DNA of 16,290 bases from contig NW_021825225.1 in NCBI RefSeq assembly GCF_006345805.1, positions 1-16,290 of the forward strand, written 5' to 3'. Position 1 is the first letter of the stretch. The number at the start of each line of letters is the position of its first letter. Shown one piece after another: positions 1-9,430 of the stretch. The translations under genes and the position numbers were made by a program. Source of the DNA: Octopus sinensis. Lineage: Eukaryota. The notes below the pieces were generated by a model. That model saw nothing but the letters and a program-made list of their open reading frames with translations. It did no database searches and was not told where the DNA came from.

Positions 1-1576
1 AGAAAAGAAGGAGAGAGAGAAAAAGAAATGAGAGGAAGAAAGAGAAGATGAAGGTAGAGAGGAAGGGAAAAGAAAGAGAGGAGACAGTGGGGAAATGAGA
101 GAGTAAGAGAGAACAGACAAATAAAACGAGCGAAAGAGAGGAAAGAAAATAATAGAGAGAAGAGAGAGATAAAGGAATCAGAGGGAGAAAGAGAGAAAAT
201 TGAAAAGATAAAGAGAGATAGTCCAAGGAAAACCAGAAATAAAAAGAGAGAGAAAAGAAGCAGAGATGGAGAGAGCGAGAATAAAAAAGAGAAAGAGGGA
301 GAGGAAGAGAGAAAGATGGAAGATGAGAGAAGAAAAAAGGTACTGAGTGAAATAAGAGAGAAAAAGGGAGAGAAGAGAGGAGAAAGAGGAAAAAACAAAC
401 ACTGAAGAGAGAGAAATGAGAAGAGAGGATAAAAGAGACGTAAAACGATAAAAGAGAATGAGAGAAAAGAAAGAGGGAGAAAGAGAGAAAAGAAAGGGAG
501 AAAACAAAAAGGGATAAGGCAAGAGAGGAGAGAAATAAAAAGTAAGTCCCTTAAAGGGAGAAAAGGAAAAGAGGGAAAGAAGAGGGGAAGGAAAGGACAA
601 AGAGGCAGAAAGAAAGAGAGGGAGAGGGAGGAAGAGAGAAAAGGAAAGTGAGGGAGCGAGAGAAAGAGAGAAGAGAAAATATTGCCAGAGAAAGAGGAAG
701 AGAGGAAAGAAAGAGAGAGATAAAAGGAAGCGAGTAAGGGAGAGAGAAAGAGAGAGGGAGAGGGAAAAGAAAAGGAGAGAGATAAAGAAGAGAGAATAGA
801 AAAAGAGAGGGGGAGAAAGAAGGAGGGAAAAGGGGGAAAAGAATGTGAGAGATAAAAATAGGAGAGAGAGATAAAGAAAGAGAAATGGAAAAAGAGAGAA
901 AGAGAAAGAAAAATGAGAAAGAGTAAGAAAAGAGAGAAAGAAAGAAAAGTGAAATGGAAAAAGAGAGAAAAGAATAAGAGAGAGGGTAAAAGAGGAAAAA
1001 GAGAGAGGGTGAAAGAAAGAGAGAGAAGAAAAGGGAAAGAGAAAGAATGTAAGAATAGAAAGAGAAAGAAATGAAAGAGAGAGAGAGAGACGGAGAGAGA
1101 AAGAGAGAAATTGAGAAATAGAGAAAGAGAAAGATAAGAGAAAAAAGAAAAAGAGAAAGAGGAAGGAAATGAGAGAGAGAAAGGGAGGAAAGGAAAATGG
1201 GAAAAGAGAGAAAAGAAAGAGAGAGAGAGAAAAGAGACACGAAGAGAGAAAGGGAAAGAAAGAGAGAGAAGGAAAGGGGAAAGAGAGAGAAAGTGAGAAA
1301 AGAAAGAGAATGAAAGAAATGAAAGAGGGAGATAGAGAGAGAAAGAATGAGAGAAAGAGGAAAGAAAGCGAGAAAGAGAGTGAGAGACAAAGAGAGAACA
1401 GAGAGAGAGAGAGAGTAAAAGAGACACGGACAGAGGAGAAAGAAAGAGAGAGAGAAAAAGGGAAAAGAGAGAGAAAGTGAGAAAAGAAAGAGAAGGAAAG
1501 AAATGAAAGAGGGAGATAGAGAGAGAAAGAAGGAGAGACAGAGAGTGAGAGACAAAGAGAAAAGAGAGAGAGAGTA
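1..1576. repeat. Polypurine (GA-rich) low-complexity tract, intronic
   Basis: Almost only A/G on the + strand (GAGA, GAAA, GGAAA units) for ~1.58 kb, ending ~45 nt upstream of the exon at 1622. The Leu/Ser/Phe and Arg/Glu/Lys ORFs here just reflect this composition. Confidence 0.95.
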
Positions 1577-1621
1577 AATGGAATTTCTCTATTTCACATG
1601 TCCTCACTTTCTTCATTACAG

Positions 1622-1779
1622 ATTAATAAACCTATTCATGGATCTGGACCAACTCCTTTAATGTGGGCCTGTGACGTGGGCGCCGATAGAAGAATCATCG
1701 AAATATTGATAGAATCAGGAGGCGAGGTGGGAAGAAAAGACCCAATTGGTCGTACAGCTTTACATTGGGCTGTTAAGGG
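1622..1779 (+). CDS. Ankyrin-repeat protein, coding exon A (first in window; gene begins upstream)
   Basis: Acceptor cttcattacAG (1620-1621) and donor GG|GTAAGT (1780). Reads INKPIHGSGPTPLMWACDVGADRRIIEILIESGGEVGRKDPIGRTALHWAVKG, with two ankyrin TPL/TALH motifs. Phase 0 in, phase 2 out. Confidence 0.92.
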
Positions 1780-1974
1780 GTAAGTTGAGAATCAAGTAAA
1801 ATCTGCAGATGTGTTTTTGTTTGTAAATTTGTTGCAATTGCAGACACAGGTTCAATATCCAAAGAGGCCAGAGTAGTTGCAGTGGGACAACAGCACAACA
1901 GCAGACTAGCAAACAACAACAACAACAACAACAAGCTTCTCTTTAGTCATCGATCCAATTCATTAGTCATTATT

Positions 1975-2078
1975 CAATCATAACAATCCCGAATATGATG
2001 ATGATAACGGCGATGATGATGACGATAACGGTATTGGTGATGTCGACCATGATGATGATGTTGTTGTTGATGATGATG

Positions 2079-2109
<31 letters not shown>

Positions 2110-3606
2110 GATGATGATGATATGATGTCGCTGATGATGTTGATTATGATTATAGTGGCGACGAATGATGATGAAGACGATGGTGGTGGCAATGAGGGGG
2201 GATGATGACGATGATGATGATGGGGATGATGATGATGACGATTATGATTATAATGATGATAATGATAACGACGATGATGATGATGACGACCATGATGAGG
2301 ATAACAACAATGATGATTATGATGATGTTGATGATGATGATGATGATGATGATAAAAGATGATAATTATGATGATGATGATGATGATGATTATATTGAAG
2401 ATCATTATGTTGATGGCGATGATGACGATGATGATGACGATCATGATGAGGCTGATGATGGTGATTATGATGATGATGATCATGATCATGATGATCATGA
2501 TGATAACGACGATGATGAGGCTGATGATGGTGATGGTGATGATGATGATGATGATGATGGTGATTATTTTGATGACGAAGATGATGATACTGTTGATGTC
2601 AATGATGATTATGATTATAGTGGCGATGAATGATTAAGATGATGATGATGATGATGATGATAATATTGAATATGATGACATTGTAGATGATGAAGATGGT
2701 GTTGGCGATAAAGACGGTGTTGGCAATGAAGGTGATGATGATGATGATTATGATGATGATGAATGCTATGATGATGATGATAACGATGATGATAAAGTTG
2801 ATGATGATGATGGGGATGATGATAATGATTATAATGATGATGTGGGTGATGATGAGAATGATGATGACTATGATGAAGATGATGATGGTGATGTTGACGA
2901 TGATGACGATGATTTTTATGATGATTATGATGATGATTATGATGATGATCATGATCATGATGTCTGTGATGATGATGATTGAGATGATGATGATGATGAT
3001 GATGATTACGATGATATTATTATGATGATCATGACGATGATGATGATTATGTTAATGACGATGATGATGATGATGATGTCGATCATGCTGATGATGGTGG
3101 TGATGATGATGATGATGGAGGCGATGATGATGACGATGAAGTCGATGATGATCATGATTATGATGATGATTATGATGATGATGGCGATGATGATCTCGAT
3201 GATGATAATGATGATGATGATGATTATGATGACGATGATAGTGATGACGATGACGATGATGGTGACGATAGTGATGTTGGTGTTTATGATGGTGATGACT
3301 ATGATGATGCCGATGAATGATGATGATGATTATGATGATTTTGGAGATGTTGAAGATGATGGTTGATATGAACGATGATGATGATGATGATAGTGTTGTC
3401 AATGAGGGTGATGATGATGATGGAGATGATGAAAATGATGATGATGAAGGCGATGATGATAATGGTGATGATGGCGATGATGATGATTACGTTAATGATG
3501 GAGGTGGTGGCAATGATGATGATGGCGATGATGTCGATGAGGATGATAGCGATGAAAATAGTGCTGCTGATAATGATGGTGATGATGATGATGATGATGA
3601 TGATGA
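1975..3606. repeat. Degenerate (GAT)n/(ATG)n trinucleotide tract, intronic
   Basis: About 1.63 kb of GAT with GAC/AAT/GGT/TAT variants and phase slips. It produces the poly-D, poly-M, poly-I and poly-H ORFs in the track. Confidence 0.95.
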
Positions 3607-3666
3607 AAGCCAAAACAATTAGGTGTTTAATGTAAATTAGTCAATGTTTCTATCTTTTACTCTCAG

Positions 3667-3814
3667 TCATAATCTTGAAGTCGTGGAACTCTTACTATCA
3701 CGGGGAAGCGACATAAAGGGGAAGGACGATGATGGCTGGACTCCTCTCCATTTGGCTGCAGCGAATGACCGGAGAGATGGCGTTGCATTCCTATTAAAAC
3801 AGACCGATGTTGAG
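3667..3814 (+). CDS. Ankyrin-repeat protein, coding exon B
   Basis: Acceptor ctatcttttactctcAG (3665-3666) and donor GAG|GTTAGT (3815). Phase 2 entry completes Gly from exon A. Reads (G)HNLEVVELLLSRGSDIKGKDDDGWTPLHLAAANDRRDGVAFLLKQTDVE. Phase 0 out. Confidence 0.94.
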
Positions 3815-3863
3815 GTTAGTGGTTATATATATGTGTTTGTGCGTGTGTGTGTGTATGTGTGTA

Positions 3864-3867
<4 letters not shown>

Positions 3868-3894
<27 letters not shown>

Positions 3895-3924
3895 TACTTA
3901 TATATATATATATATATATATATA
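3868..3924. repeat. (TA)n microsatellite
   Basis: Near-perfect TA run preceded by TG-rich repeats. Confidence 0.9.
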
Positions 3925-4145
3925 CAAATAAAATGTATGGATGTATATATAATGTAAATTGTGGTTTGCATATGTTAGTGTTTCTCTTCATTCATATTAT
4001 ATTCCGAAATAATCCTAATCTTCTCCGAAAGGTTTTTCTCGATACTTTCCTAACAATTTATCCACTTTTTGAAAAATTACGAGGAAACAAAAGATACTCT
4101 TGTGAATTTTTGCTGAACTCTTCACCCGAACTTTGGGGTACACTT

Positions 4146-4369
4146 ATATAGGTACGTATATATAATCGTATATATAATGTATACATGCCTATAAGATATA
4201 ATATATATATATATAGATATAGATATGTATATATATATATACATATGTATATACACATATATATAACAATATATATATATACACACACATATGTATGTAT
4301 ATAAACGTATATATGAGTATACATATACATATATACATATATACATACACACACAAACACACATATACA

Positions 4370-4449
<80 letters not shown>
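4146..4449. repeat. TA-rich compound microsatellite ending in a long pure (TA)n
   Basis: Mixed TA/TACA/TATG units, then ~75 nt of pure (TA)n to 4449. Confidence 0.9.
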
Positions 4450-4450
<1 letters not shown>

Positions 4451-4683
4451 TTCATGAGACCCTTATTTTTTCCCCATAGCTTTGTGGTGTTTCCTATTTT
4501 ATAATGAAAATCATTGATATTCGATGAAGATTATGTTGAGAAAATGGAAGCATTTGACGAGTTTCAAACCAATCCCAACTCCAGACATAATTGTTGATTA
4601 AGACATTGAAAGGGATGGATTTTCAGAAAATTTTATTTAGAAATATTTATTCTTAAAAGCTTCATGATGAAAATGCAACCACA

Positions 4684-4727
<44 letters not shown>

Positions 4728-4729
<2 letters not shown>

Positions 4730-4779
4730 CAGAGGAGTGGCTGTGTGGTTAGTAGCTTGCTTACAAACCACATGGTTCC
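4728..4779 (+). mobile_element. 5' head fragment of a tRNA-derived SINE (truncated before the B box)
   Basis: GGCAGAGGAGTGGCTGTGTGGTTAGTAGCTTGCTTACAAACCACATGGTTCC contains an A-box-like TGGCTGTGTGG. It is homologous by eye to the reverse complement of ~10004-10047. The family match to an octopus SINE is from memory. Confidence 0.7.
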
Positions 4780-5163
4780 ATAAGAAATCGGTTTCTCGAT
4801 TTTTTACACTCATCGATTTTTTTTTTCATGTAACCCAACTTTGCCCATGGATTGAGAACCCTTCCAGCAAGGTAAATAGGACGCCCAAAAGCGCTCCTGA
4901 TCCTCTGTGTGAGAAGCGATTATGTTCAGATCACAACTAAGTTTATACATATGGGCAAAACACACACACACGCACACATATACGTACATACACCTATTGT
5001 ATACATGTTTTTGCACGCCTTTGCCCCTGCCACTGTCCCACCACTACCTCCTACCCGAGTAATACCATCAATTAAAGCAAGTTTGGCACCCGGAAGTAAG
5101 TTTTGTAACAGGAATAGAGAAGCCTACCTTCTTCCGCAGAGATGTGAAAGTCATACCTCTCCT

Positions 5164-5401
5164 GGTCAAACTAAAGTGTTTGACCAGGTCTTAAAAACAA
5201 ACAAAAAATAGTGTAATAGGTGTAAAACAAATTCCTCTAAACGAATACGACCCAAAAAAATGCGCGCTCACGAAAAGGGGTGGGGGAGAAGCCTCGGAAA
5301 TTTCACATTGTGAATGTTACGTGTCTGACCCGGGCACAAAAACAAAAAAATTGTGTAATAGGTGTAAAACAACTTGTTCTAAACGATTATCAAGAACACA
5401 C

Positions 5402-5462
<61 letters not shown>

Positions 5463-5673
5463 GAGAAATAGTTGGTTCAAGGCAAGACTGCATTGAACTG
5501 AATTTAAATAAGCAAGAAAGATATTATCAAAGAAAAGGCCATAGGCCTCTCCTCCCACCCTCCTTTCGCGAGAGCACATTTTTTTGGTCATATTCGTTTA
5601 GAGGAAGTTATTTTACACATATTACTATTTTTTTGTTTGTTTTTATGACCGGGTCAAACGCTTTAGGTTGACC
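5164..5673. mobile_element. Non-autonomous DNA transposon (MITE), 131-bp TIRs, 8-bp TSD, Merlin-like
   Basis: 5164-5294 is the reverse complement of 5543-5673 (GGTCAAACTAAAGTGTTTGACCAGGTCTTAAAAACAAAC... vs GGTCAACCTAAAGCGTTTGACCCGGTCATAAAAACAAAC...). It is flanked by the direct repeat CCTCTCCT at 5156-5163 and 5674-5681. The interior has a partial third TIR copy and (CA)n at 5396-5460. No ORF. Confidence 0.88.
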
Positions 5674-6072
5674 CCTCTCCTTTCGAAAACATGAACAGTT
5701 TCGGAACATTGTTTACAAAATAATAGCTGATCGTTTGCGAAGGAGCGTGTCTACAGTCAACACGTAGGTTTTTTGCTCTGGTAACCTCTGTTCTCTCCCA
5801 TGTTCACGCACGACCAGCTATATATCGCTATGATTAGAACAACGGATTCAGCTAATTTGGAAATTAGTTGTGGAGAAACGGAGAATATCGTCCATGTGGC
5901 CCGTATATATATACGCGCAACACACACACACACACAAACATTTCATACATGTGTCTTTTACGCATACATGCTCGCGTGTGTGTATGCGTGACTGAAGCCA
6001 TTCACACATACAAACATACATAACAACACCTGTCTGTCTGTTATTGCCAGTAAAAAGACGAAATTATAAAAA

Positions 6073-6101
6073 TCTCTCTCTCTCTATCTCTATCTCTCTC
6101 C

Positions 6102-6137
<36 letters not shown>
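6073..6137. repeat. (CT)n microsatellite
   Basis: TC run with few interruptions. Confidence 0.9.
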
Positions 6138-6141
<4 letters not shown>

Positions 6142-6394
6142 CCGTCGCTAGGAGGGGACTTAATTAATGTTTGCTTTGTAAACAATGGTAGCTTTCACCA
6201 TCTTAAAAATTTAGAAGTTATGGCTCAAAATTATTCACTGCTATTCGCGGATGTCTCAGGGAAAAATATTTTGATGAAAATACAGCTGGTGTCGTGACGA
6301 ATGACCTCCTAAAATTTGAGTGACATGCGTGCTAATTTGTGGATATGCATAAATTACAAAAACGTACACACACACAAAGACGTTTTTCCTTATA

Positions 6395-7682
6395 CGAGGG
6401 AAGTTCAATAAGTAATGCCTTTGACCCACTTGCAATTGTTTGATCTAGCTGAAATTTTGCATGTGCAATCATTTATATCTCTATAGAGTAAGTGTCAAAT
6501 TACAGCTCTGAATTAATTGTGGTTTCTGATTTACAGGTGTTTGAACCGAGTCAAGTGTGAAATGGAGCCTGTTGAGTGTCGAGCAGTGATCCGGTTTTTG
6601 TATTTGAAAGGACGCACACCACGGGAGACTTTTGATGAAATGAAAGTAACTTATGTTGATGATGCCCCATCATATGACCTTGTAAAACGCTGGCATCGTG
6701 AATTCAAACATGGTCGGAACTCTGTGGAAACAGCTCCCAGATCTGGTCGACCCCTTCTGCCATTGATGAGGCATCTGTCCGTCAAGTTGAGGCTGCCATT
6801 TTGGAAGATCGACGCATAATTATTCGCCAAATAGCCCATGAGGTCAAGATTAGTACCGGGTCTGAGGAAACTATCATTCATGACCCATTTGCATATGCAA
6901 AAGGTGTCTGCCAGATGGATTCCCAGGTTGCTCACGCCTTTCCAGAAGCAAGAACGCGTCGAGTGCTCGAGGGTGAATTTGGAGATGTGCCAAGATGAGT
7001 CAAAATTTTTCAAAAGACTGATTACACAGGATGAAACCTGGGTTCATCACGATGATCCAGAGTCCAAAGCCCAGTCAATGCAGTGGAAGCACCGTGACTC
7101 ACCTCCTCCAAAGAAGGCAAGGGTGCAGCCCTCCGCTGGCAAGGTCATGCTCACAGTCTTCTGGGACCAGGACGGAATAGTGATGACAGATTTCCTGGCA
7201 AAGGGTACCACAATTGCAGGAGCCTATTATGCTTCACTTTTGAGGAAATTAAGAGAAGTTATCAAAATCAAGAGGCGGGGCAAGATCAGCAAAGGCATCC
7301 TCCTCCTGCAGGACAACGCTCCGGTCCACAACTCGCTTGTCGCCAGATCAGAAGCACAGGCGTATGGCTATGAACTCCTCCCCCACCCCCTACTTTCCTG
7401 ACCTTGCACCCTCTGATTTTCACCTCTTCCCAATCATGAAGTTGTTTTTGAAAGGAAAGCGTTTCCCAGATGATGCAGCCTTGATTTCTGAAGTCACGTT
7501 GAGGTTGGAGGACCAAGCTGGGTTCTTCTACAAAAACGGTCTCCAGAGCCGCATCAAACGATGGGAGAAATGCGTAACTATGGGTGGTTCCTATGTAGAA
7601 AAAGACTAATAACTGTGCCAAGTTTCGTTGATCTACTGCTATGGGAAGTGGGTCAGGGGCATTACTTATTGAACGCCCCTCG
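6395..7682 (+). mobile_element. Full-length mariner (Tc1/mariner, DD34D; irritans-like) transposon, 1288 bp
   Basis: 37-bp TIRs at 6395-6431 (CGAGGGAAGTTCAATAAGTAATGCCTTTGACCCACTT) and 7646-7682 (reverse complement CGAGGGGCGTTCAATAAGTAATGCCCCTGACCCACTT), 4 mismatches. TA target duplication at 6393-6394 and 7683-7684, the right one running into (TA)n. Length is typical of mariners. Subfamily assignment is from motif memory. Confidence 0.96.
6562..7609 (+). pseudogene. Mariner transposase, frameshifted (~349 aa if restored)
   Basis: ATG at 6562 (MEPVECRAVIRFLYLKG...), PRSGRP linker, WIPRLL (WVPREL-type motif), ITQDETW, LLQDNAP, PY(F)PDLAPSDFHLF, stop at 7607-7609. Restoring the last frameshift gives 34 residues between D2 and D3. 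Frameshifts at ~6750, ~6886 and ~7388. Confidence 0.95.
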
Positions 7683-7714
<32 letters not shown>

Positions 7715-7740
7715 GGGGTGAGTGTCTGTGTGTACGTGCG

Positions 7741-7933
7741 TGTGTTTGTGTGCCTGAGTTTGTCCCCCAACATCGCTTGACAACCGATGTTTACGTCCCG
7801 TAAACTAGCGGTTCTGCAAAAGAAACCGATAAAATAAGTACTAGGCTTATTGGGGTCGATTTGCTCGACTAACGATAGTGCTCCACCATGGCCACAGTCA
7901 CATGACTGAAAGAAATGAAAGAATAAAAGAATA
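7741..7933 (+). mobile_element. 3' tail half of a SINE, directly after the (TA)n on the mariner's right flank
   Basis: GTTTGTCCCCCAACATCGCTTGACAACCGATG...GCGGTTCTGCAAAAGAAACCGATAAAATAAGTACTAGGC...GGGGTCGATTTGCTCGACTAA...CATGGCCACAGTCACATGACTGAA, ending in an A-rich AAAGAATAAAAGAATA tail. An inverted homolog lies at 9761-9874. Confidence 0.8.
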
Positions 7934-8274
7934 AATGTAACTATGAACACACACACACGCGAACACACGTATATACACACATACACACACACATTTTGCT
8001 GCTCTATGTGTTTATTTATTGAGTTGTTCATCCTATATGCGTGTGTTTGTGTGTGTGTGCATAAATATATTTATATGCACATATGTATGTGTGTATACAC
8101 GTGTGTATATACAATAGAAATCTCCATTACCTACTCCCCACCCCAATCATTCCACCTGTTTAATTAATTTCATTCCTTCTCTTCTCTTTTTCTGTGAGTT
8201 TTTCTTTTAATTCTTCACCACCCGACTCCCCTTTCAGACACCATTTTTAATGTTTTTATTCTTTTCTTCATCAG

Positions 8275-8429
8275 GTTAATCCTCGAGATGAAGATGGTCA
8301 AACACCGCTGCACCGGGCCTGTTATAAGGGAAGCTTGCACACTGTCGAGCTGTTGTTGGGTCACAATGGCATCGATGCCAATGTCGTGAACAACAAAGGT
8401 GACACACCACTGCATGTGGCAGTTCAGCG
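8275..8429 (+). CDS. Ankyrin-repeat protein, coding exon C
   Basis: Acceptor cttttcttcatcAG (8273-8274) and donor CG|GTAAGT (8430). Reads VNPRDEDGQTPLHRACYKGSLHTVELLLGHNGIDANVVNNKGDTPLHVAVQ(R). Phase 0 in matches exon B; phase 2 out. Absent from the ORF track because there is no upstream start codon. Confidence 0.95.
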
Positions 8430-8514
8430 GTAAGTCCCCATTGGATCTGGAATATCCAAATCTGTTTCTTTTATGTTTTCAATAATGTTTGTTTCTTTTT
8501 CATTCAGTCATTCA

Positions 8515-9190
8515 TGTCATAATCCCACCATGGGGTCATTGTCTTCCTTCTCTCTTTCGCACTGTAATCTACTTTATTAATTAATCATCACCATAATTGT
8601 TATTGTTGTTGCCTGACTGGACTCTTTACTTCATCTCGTTCTCCATTTCCTCAACGTCACAGGTTCAAATCCTCTCTCTTCTTCCTTTCATCCCATCTAG
8701 AACTACTTTCTCTCTCTTTCTCTTTTTCTTCCTCACTCTCTCTCCTTTGTAGTTTCCCTATTTACTCTGACCCTGGGCTAAATAGATAATCATCCCCTTA
8801 CAGTATTTACATTTGTCTCTTTTATGTTCCATGTTCAAATCCTACCAGAATATTTACTATCACTCTGGGGTCAATATAATCTGTACCAGTAATACCCAGG
8901 GGTTCCTTTAATAAACTGTCTTCCTTCTTTTCTCCTGTTCTTGTTTCTTATTACTTTTAGAGAAAATAAATTGTGTTATTTTATTTACGACTCTTTACGT
9001 TCAGAGTTCAAATCCTGCCAAGGTCAACTTCTTCCATCTTTTCAAGGTTCATAGAATACAATACCAGTCATGTACTGAGGTTCATATGATTACCTGTAGC
9101 CCTTCTTTCCTTTCTAAATTTCATGTTTATATTAGCTGTCAGAATTCTTAGCAGTATTTTTCCTGTCTTTACATTTCTGGGTTTACTCAG
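8515..9190 (+). repeat. Array of decayed SINE-like units with B-box-like GTTCAAATCC
   Basis: GTTCAAATCCT at 8663, 8833 and 9006, and a degenerate equivalent at 9181. Each is preceded by a similar CTTTA(C/T)GTTC-type segment, and several are followed by CTTTCATCC / GGGGTCAAT..TACCAGT-like sequence. A possible further unit lies at ~8517. Confidence 0.6.
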
Positions 9191-9393
9191 GTGTATATAT
9201 ATCATTGTTCTACTGTGTAGAGTGTGTATTGAATAAATATATATGTGTGTGTGAGTATGTGTGTAATAATTGCTGTAATTAAGTTATTGTGATCTAATTA
9301 CATTTGTTTTCTTTAATGACCTAATAACTATTATCTCAAGCTGTGTGATGTTTGTTTTTTTCATGTTTTTCTTTCCTTATCCATTACTTTCAG

Positions 9394-9430
9394 GCAAAGA
9401 TATAATATAGTGTCAAAGATGCTGATCCAG
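9394..9430 (+). CDS. Ankyrin-repeat protein, short 37-nt coding exon D
   Basis: Long pyrimidine tract, then ttacttttCAG-type acceptor (AG at 9392-9393) and donor CAG|GTTAGT (9431). Phase 2 in and phase 0 out exactly bridge exons C and E. Encodes (R)QRYNIVSKMLIQ, the missing second helix of the repeat. Confidence 0.85.

Noticed and set aside
178-1555. Long minus-strand L/S/F-rich ORFs (140 and 334 aa) and a plus-strand R/E/K ORF
   Set aside because: Direct translation of the purine tract, which cannot form stops easily. There is no domain structure, and it is not a membrane protein gene.
1974-3635. Poly-Asp, poly-Met, poly-Ile and poly-His ORFs (possible acidic biomineral protein or reflectin)
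   Set aside because: All are frames of a (GAT)n tract inside an intron defined by phase-matched exons. The frames slip repeatedly, and there are no reflectin-type MD-spaced motifs with Tyr/Arg/Pro content.
3794-4504. YI-repeat ORFs on both strands
   Set aside because: (TA)n microsatellite translations.
3990-4960. Non-microsatellite blocks at ~3990-4145, ~4453-4680 and ~4780-4960 as parts of another DNA transposon
   Set aside because: Only a short shared word (TTTCTCGAT). I found no convincing TIR pair or TSD by eye.
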